Part shown: one piece after another, positions 6,217-11,236 of the stretch
How the letters are laid out: each line of letters opens with the position of its first letter
Numbering within the stretch: the first letter of the stretch is position 1
Assembly (NCBI GenBank): GCA_963766075.1
Contig: CAVYAN010000055.1
Span: 1-11,236, forward strand
Direction: 5' to 3'
Source: an uncultured cyanobacterium
GTDB taxonomy: Bacteria > Cyanobacteriota > Cyanobacteriia > Leptolyngbyales > Leptolyngbyaceae
Length of the DNA stretch: 11,236 bases
Program-made: the position numbers and the translations under genes
Notes under the pieces: generated by a model
What the model saw: the letters and a program-made list of their open reading frames with translations, nothing else
Database searches by the model: none
Told to the model about the DNA's origin: nothing

Positions 6217-6817
6217 GTTTCTTGGGTGATTTTATAGTTCTAGATTCGATGATAAAGTTTGGAATATCTCGTAATTCTATCTCATCTAAGGCGTACTGCT
6301 CGCAGACAAGGCTGAGGCGGGTGCCGGGGCTTTGGACAACGTTGATGGAATGGGTGAGGTCGCCTTGAAAGTAGATTAGGGTATTGGTTTTAGGGGTGAT
6401 TTGGCCCACTTGGCGTTTGTCGTGCCGGAGGACGAGTTCACCGCCTTGGAGGGGGACAGGGACTTGCACGTAGAGAACGCTGACGGTGGCGGGGGGATTG
6501 ATCGTTTTGCAGTAGGAACGCAGGGAGCGATCGATGTGGGGATCGACGCGGGAGCCGGTTTGCAGCAGCAGGGGATTGAGGTAAAAGGCGTTGCAGGTGG
6601 ATTGCAGGGCGCGATCGAGATAGGGTTTGAAGAAGGGAAAACGCCGCTCGACTTCCTCTAGGCCGGGGCGCTTGAAGGCGATGGAAAAGCCTTTAGTGGC
6701 AACGAAATCGCGATTCAAATTGTTAACCGCAAAGTAGGGACAGGCCAAAATTTCGCCCCGCAGGCGGTACAAATAGTCGGGGTCAAAGGCGTTGGGATGT
6801 TGGCTGTGGTACGGCAT
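6197..6817 (-). CDS. 2OG-Fe(II) oxygenase family protein (likely start 6817, ~206 aa)
   Basis: HID...GGEL...LTHSI...RLSLV provide the HxD..H..R-x-S motifs. The 64 upstream codons of the 7009 ORF look non-coding. Confidence 0.85.
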   Translation of the reverse strand: MPYHSQHPNAFDPDYLYRLRGEILACPYFAVNNLNRDFVATKGFSIAFKRPGLEEVERRFPFFKPYLDRALQSTCNAFYLNPLLLQTGSRVDPHIDRSLRSYCKTINPPATVSVLYVQVPVPLQGGELVLRHDKRQVGQITPKTNTLIYFQGDLTHSINVVQSPGTRLSLVCEQYALDEIELRDIPNFIIESRTIKSPKKQLKMQN

Positions 6818-7053
6818 GAGGAGCGGGAAATGCAGGAGGGGACGCCGATTGCCGGGTACGCAGCAAAAATTGCCCATATAAAATGGTAACCCAAGATGGT
6901 AAACCCAAGACCTGCTCGGAACCTGGAGTGGGTTACTGGCATTTTTCTTGGCCGGCTCGGCGGTCTGGGTGATTTCTCTCCGAATGCGCTTGGGAATTGT
7001 GATTATCATGAGGGGAAAGCAACGTACGGCGGTTTACTGCTGGATGAATTCCC

Positions 7054-9428
7054 ATGACTGATTTCCCTTCCGGTTGGCAAATTCCCCCCGCTCCCATCGC
7101 CGAGATTTTGGCTGTACCGCCCACGCCATCGGTCTATCTGTCGCCGACGGGGCGGTGGCTGCTGGAACTGGAGCAGCCGGGACTTTGCCCGATCGCCGAT
7201 CTGACGGAGCCGGAAATTGGTGTGGCGGGGTTTCGCCTGAATCCTCAGACGAATGGACCGGCACGCCCTACGCCCTATCGCCACATGGCGGTGCAGGATA
7301 TGGCCACGGGGGTGAAGCAAGCGGTGGAACTGCCGGAGGCGGCCCGCATCAGTTTTATTCGCTGGTCGCCGGATGGAGAAAAAGTGGCGTTCGTGCTGAC
7401 CCAGGCGACGGGGTTGGAGTTGTGGGTGATGCCCCTGGCGACGGGGAAGCCGTGGCGGGTGACGGAGCCGATTTTGAATGGGGCCTATGGCATCCCCTAT
7501 CGCTGGCAGTCGGCGGAAACGTTTGTGTGCAAGGTGGTTCCGGGCGATCGCGAGGCTCCTCCGGTTGCGCCCTTGGTGCCCAGTGGACCGATGATTCAGG
7601 AAAATCTGGGCCGCAAAACCCCCAGTCGCACCTACACGAATTTGCTGGCCAGTCCCCAGGATGAAGCGCTGTTTGAATACTACGTGACGGCGGGCTTGGA
7701 ACAGGTGACGTTGGCGGGGCAGCGATCGCCCCTGGTGCCTCCTAGCCTAATCAGTGAGGCGATTCCCTCGCCGGACGGACAGTACATTTTACTCAGTCTG
7801 GTGCAGCGGCCCTTTTCCTATCAGGTGCCGGAGTCGCGCTTTCCGCGCCGAATTCAGGTGCTGGATGCCCTGAGGAACTGTTGTGCATCAGGTGGCGGAT
7901 TTGCCCCTGGATGATCAGCGATCGATTAAGTTTGATGCGGTGCGTTCGGGGCGTCGGAGTGTGGGCTGGCGCAGCGATCGCCCTGCCACGCTGTATTGGC
8001 TGGAAGCCTTGGATGGAGGGGATCCCCAGCAGTCAGTTCCCCATCGCGATCGGATTATGCAGCAGGCGGCACCGTTTACGCAGGAGCCTGAGGAATTGTG
8101 GCGATCGCAGTACCGCTTTCACCGACTGCGCTGGGGTCGGGAGGATGTGGCCTTGGTCTGGGAGCAGGAGTACGATTCTCGCCAAATTCGCCTGTGGCGG
8201 ATTCATCCCGATGCCCCTGCGACGCTGCCGACCTTGCTGATGGAGCGCAGCATTGAAGATCACTACAGTGCGCCCGGTACGCCGTTGATGGTGGCGGGTG
8301 CCTACCATTGGCAGGTGCTGCGGTTTACCCCTGATGGCCAGGGCCTCTACTTTAGCGGTCGCGGAGCTTCCCCGGCTGGTGTGTATCCCTTTTTAGATCA
8401 GATGGATCTGGCGACTGGGGCGCGGCACCGATTGTGGCAGTGCCAAGCGCCCTACTTTGAAGCGATTGTCGAGATGCTGGACTCGCAGCAGTTACTGACC
8501 CGCCGCCAGTCCCAGACGGAACCCCCCAACTATTGGCGGCGATTGCTGCCCGCGCCGACATCTGGCCCCGGATCTGGCTCCGGATCTAGCCCCGGTACCG
8601 CTGACCACCTATCCCGATCCCGCGCCTCAGTTTGCGGCGGTTACCAAGGAGTTGGTGCAGTATCCCCGCGCCGATGGGGTGATGCTGTCGGCAAACTTGT
8701 ATTTGCCTCCGGGCTATGAGGCGGAGCGGGATGGACCGCTGCCGATGCTGTTCTGGGTCTATCCGGCGGAATTTAAGAATCGCGAATTGGCGGGACAGAT
8801 GACAACGGCGGAGCATACCTTTAGTCGTCCGACGCGCACTTCTGTGTTGTTTTTATTAACTCAGGGCTATGCGGTCTTGGATGATCCGACGTTGCCCATC
8901 ATTGGCGAAGGTGATGCCGAACCGAATGACACCTATGTCGAGCAGTTGATTGCTGGAGCTGAGGCAGCGGTAGAGTATGTGGTGGGGCGTGGCGTGGGCG
9001 ATCGCGATCGCCTCGGGATTGGCGGCCATTCCTACGGAGCCTTTACCACGGCCAATTTGTTGGCCCATACCCGCCTGTTCAAGCTGGGGATTGCTCGCAG
9101 TGGGGCCTATAATCGCACCCTGACTCCTTTTGGCTTTCAGGGCGAACAGCGCAATTTTTGGGAAGCTCCGGACACCTATAACCAAATGGCTCCCTTCACC
9201 CACGCGGCTAAAATTCAAGCGCCGTTGCTGTTGATCCACGGGGCCAACGATAGCAATGCTGGCACCTATCCGCTGCAAACGGAGCGGTTGTATGAGGCGC
9301 TGAAGGGGTTGGGGGCCACGGTGCGCTGGGTCGAGTTGCCGCTGGAGGATCATGGCTATCGATCGCAGGAGGCGGTGGGGCATGTGCTGTGGGAAATGGT
9401 GCGATGGTGTGATTTGTATTTGAAGTAA
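7054..9428 (+). CDS. S9 family serine peptidase (glutamyl endopeptidase-like), split by two +1 frameshifts (~7873 and ~8558)
   Basis: The beta-propeller N-terminal part (WSPDG, SPDGQY) runs through three consecutive frames into the catalytic domain GGHSYG (Ser), ARSGAYNRTLTPFGFQ, HGANDSN (Asp) and EDHGY (His). About 790 aa when joined. Confidence 0.9.
8555..8595 (+). repeat. 12-bp tandem repeat (CCGGATCTRGCY) x3 encoding PDLA repeats
   Basis: CCGACATCTGGCC CCGGATCTGGCT CCGGATCTAGCC CCGG. The first unit has one extra base that coincides with the frameshift. Confidence 0.8.
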
Positions 9429-9549
9429 TCGGTTTCGCTCTGCGATCGCCTCAGTTTTTGCGATCGCCGCAATTCTGGGGAAAATGAAAAGCCCTCTAAT
9501 TTAGCGGCGGAGTTGTCCAGAAATGGTACAAGATCTAAGAAACCCCGCG

Positions 9550-9575
9550 CCAATCCCAAATCGCCAATCCCCAAT
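9550..9575. repeat. Heptamer STRR-type repeat (AATCSCM)
   Basis: AATCCCA AATCGCC AATCCCC AAT just upstream of ATG 9582. Confidence 0.65.
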
Positions 9576-9581
9576 GCCTCT

Positions 9582-11171
9582 ATGGAACCCGTAGAACTGT
9601 TCTTTTCCTACTCCCATAAAGATGAGAAATTGCGCGATCGCCTAGAGCCGCATCTGTCGATGTTGAAGCGAGACAAGGTGATCAAGGCTTGGCACGATCG
9701 CAAAATTAGCGCGGGGACAGAATGGGCAAAGGCGATCGACGATAATCTCAACTCGGCGGGGATTATTTTGTTGTTGGTTAGTGCCGACTTTTTGGCTTCG
9801 GACTATTGCTACGACCTGGAAATGCAGCGGGCCATGGAGCGCCACGAGGCGGGAGAGGCGCGGGTGATTCCAATTATTTTGAAGCCAGTGGATTGGACCA
9901 GTGCGCCCTTTAGCAAACTTCAGGCGTTTCCTAAGAACGCCAAGCCGGTCACCAAATGGACCCCGCAGGATGAGGCGTTTGCCAATATTGCCCAGGGGAT
10001 TCGGCAGGCCGCAACGGAGATGGCAGCGATTTTGGCCAGTCGCCGATCGGACACGGATCAACCCCACCCCGTAGATCTGCCGCCCCCGCTACCGCCCCCG
10101 ATTGTGACAGTGGCTGGGTCTGGGGTAGCGTCTCAGGTCGGTTTAATGGAACTCGAAGAAGTGGGTGGGCAGGTGCCCCTGGGATCGGTGTTTTATGTGA
10201 ACCGTCCGCCGATGGAGGAGCGATGTTTTGCGGCGATCGCCAAACCGGGTGCCCTGATCCGCATCAAAGCTCCGCGCCAAATGGGGAAATCTTCCCTGAT
10301 GCTGCGGATGATGCAGTCGGTTTGGGATCGGGGAGAACAGGCCGCTGCGTTGAACTTTCAGTTGGCTGGACAGGATTGTTTGGGTGATTTGGATCGGTTT
10401 TTGCAATGGTTTTGTCTGAGCTTGACCGATCAACTGGATCTGGAGGAACGGTTGGCAGACCATTGGAAGGGCGCGCTGGGCTGCAAAAATAAATGCACCA
10501 ATTATTTTCAGCGCTATTTGCTGCCGGAAATTCAGACGCCGATCGCCCTTTGCCTAGACGAAGTGGATGAGATTTTTCAGCACCCGGCGATCGCGACGGA
10601 TTTCTTTGGCATGTTGCGAGCTTGGCATGAGGAGGCGAAGCTGAAACCGATTTGGCGAAATTTGCGCTTGGTGATTGTCCATTCCAAGGAGGTGTACATT
10701 CCGCTGAATATTAACCAGTCGCCGTTTAATGTGGGGGTGCCGATCGATCTGCCGCCGCTTACGCCTGATCAGGTGCTGGATTTGGCTCGACGGCATGGGT
10801 TGGCATGGGCGGAGCCAGAGGTAGCGGAGTTGATGAGCATGGTGGGGGGCCATCCGTTTTTGGTGCGGGGGGCGTTGGTGCCGATCGCGCGGGGCGAGAT
10901 GACCTTGGCCGAGGTGTTGGCGGTGGCCCCGACGGAGGGCGGCTTGTTTGGCGAGCATTTGCGGCGGCATTTGCTGAATCTGGAGGGCGATGCCAAGCTG
11001 CTGGCGGCGATGAAGTTGGTGCTGGCCATGGATCAACCCGTATTAATTGATACGACGGAGGCGTTTAAGTTGGTGAGTATGGGGGTGGTGCGCTATGAGG
11101 GCAGTCGGGTGGTGCCGCTGTGTGATGTCTATCGGCAGTACTTCGGCGATCGCTTGGGAGTTAGACCGTAA
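9582..11171 (+). CDS. TIR domain + AAA_35-type (STAND-like) NTPase fusion protein
   Basis: N-terminal TIR (LFFSYSHKD...WHDRKI.AG.EW...IILLLVSADFLASDYC...E...RVIPIIL), Pro-rich linker, then GGQVPL.S.FYV.R, Walker A APRQMGKSS, Walker B LCLDEVD, QSPFNVG and GGHPFLV. Start moved from 9513 to 9582 because the intervening stretch is STRR. Confidence 0.9.
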   Translation: MEPVELFFSYSHKDEKLRDRLEPHLSMLKRDKVIKAWHDRKISAGTEWAKAIDDNLNSAGIILLLVSADFLASDYCYDLEMQRAMERHEAGEARVIPIILKPVDWTSAPFSKLQAFPKNAKPVTKWTPQDEAFANIAQGIRQAATEMAAILASRRSDTDQPHPVDLPPPLPPPIVTVAGSGVASQVGLMELEEVGGQVPLGSVFYVNRPPMEERCFAAIAKPGALIRIKAPRQMGKSSLMLRMMQSVWDRGEQAAALNFQLAGQDCLGDLDRFLQWFCLSLTDQLDLEERLADHWKGALGCKNKCTNYFQRYLLPEIQTPIALCLDEVDEIFQHPAIATDFFGMLRAWHEEAKLKPIWRNLRLVIVHSKEVYIPLNINQSPFNVGVPIDLPPLTPDQVLDLARRHGLAWAEPEVAELMSMVGGHPFLVRGALVPIARGEMTLAEVLAVAPTEGGLFGEHLRRHLLNLEGDAKLLAAMKLVLAMDQPVLIDTTEAFKLVSMGVVRYEGSRVVPLCDVYRQYFGDRLGVRP

Positions 11172-11200
11172 AATAAACCTACCCGCTGTTGCTTACCCCT

Positions 11201-11236
11201 ATGCGTCATCCTCACCTCGCCTATATTCTCGCCACT
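11201..11236 (+). CDS. Possible start of the next gene (partial, MRHPHLAYILAT...)
   Basis: ATG 29 nt after the TIR-NTPase stop, open to the window edge, with a signal-peptide-like beginning. Only 12 codons visible. Confidence 0.3.
   Translation, partial: MRHPHLAYILAT

Noticed and set aside
6818..7009. 64-aa N-terminal extension of the 2OG oxygenase ORF
   Set aside because: Composition is not domain-like and the stretch occupies the divergent promoter region. The recognisable protein begins at Met 6817.
6994..7009. Fur-box-like GAATTGTGATTATCAT
   Set aside because: Only one half-site (ATTATCA) matches; the other is poor.
9439..9474. Two HIP1 sites in an 18-bp imperfect direct repeat after the peptidase
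   Set aside because: Short local duplication around HIP1, common in HIP1-rich genomes, with no further structure.
9513..9581. TTG start giving MSRNGTRSKKPRANPKSPIPNAS before the TIR domain
   Set aside because: It translates a heptamer STRR; ATG 9582 sits directly before the first TIR strand.
3538..11050. Many short antisense or alternate-frame ORFs inside the long genes (also 386..595, 811..993, 1575..1948, 3037..3225)
   Set aside because: Shadow ORFs of GC-rich coding sequence, or frames running through attC sites, with no recognisable motifs.

Overview
Cyanobacterial DNA, judged from abundant HIP1 GCGATCGC octamers and heptamer STRR repeats, with two compositionally distinct parts. Bases 1-3135 are more AT-rich, HIP1-poor and look like the distal end of an integron gene-cassette array on the + strand. 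There are two well-formed attC sites (1794-1881, 3051-3135), a degenerate one (~1597-1663), and the window opens on a probable R' remnant (TTATGC). No integrase is present in the window. The cassettes carry (i) a divergent TetR / thioredoxin-like [2Fe-2S] ferredoxin / His-rich membrane protein module with a clear nested operator, (ii) a short, nearly empty cassette, and (iii) a small membrane protein plus an Rpn/YhgA-like PD-(D/E)xK nuclease with an internal RBS/ATG for a probable small C-terminal antitoxin. Both intact attC sites have a HIP1 or near-HIP1 octamer exactly 1 nt upstream of R''. Bases 3146-11236 are GC-richer, HIP1-rich chromosomal backbone: a minus-strand run (2OG-Fe(II) oxygenase, alanine-glyoxylate/serine-pyruvate aminotransferase, DMT-family protein, cytosine-deaminase-like amidohydrolase), a divergent S9 peptidase split by two +1 frameshifts, and a TIR + AAA_35-type NTPase fusion. 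Four net +1 frameshifts in 11 kb suggest uncorrected sequencing errors rather than true pseudogenes.
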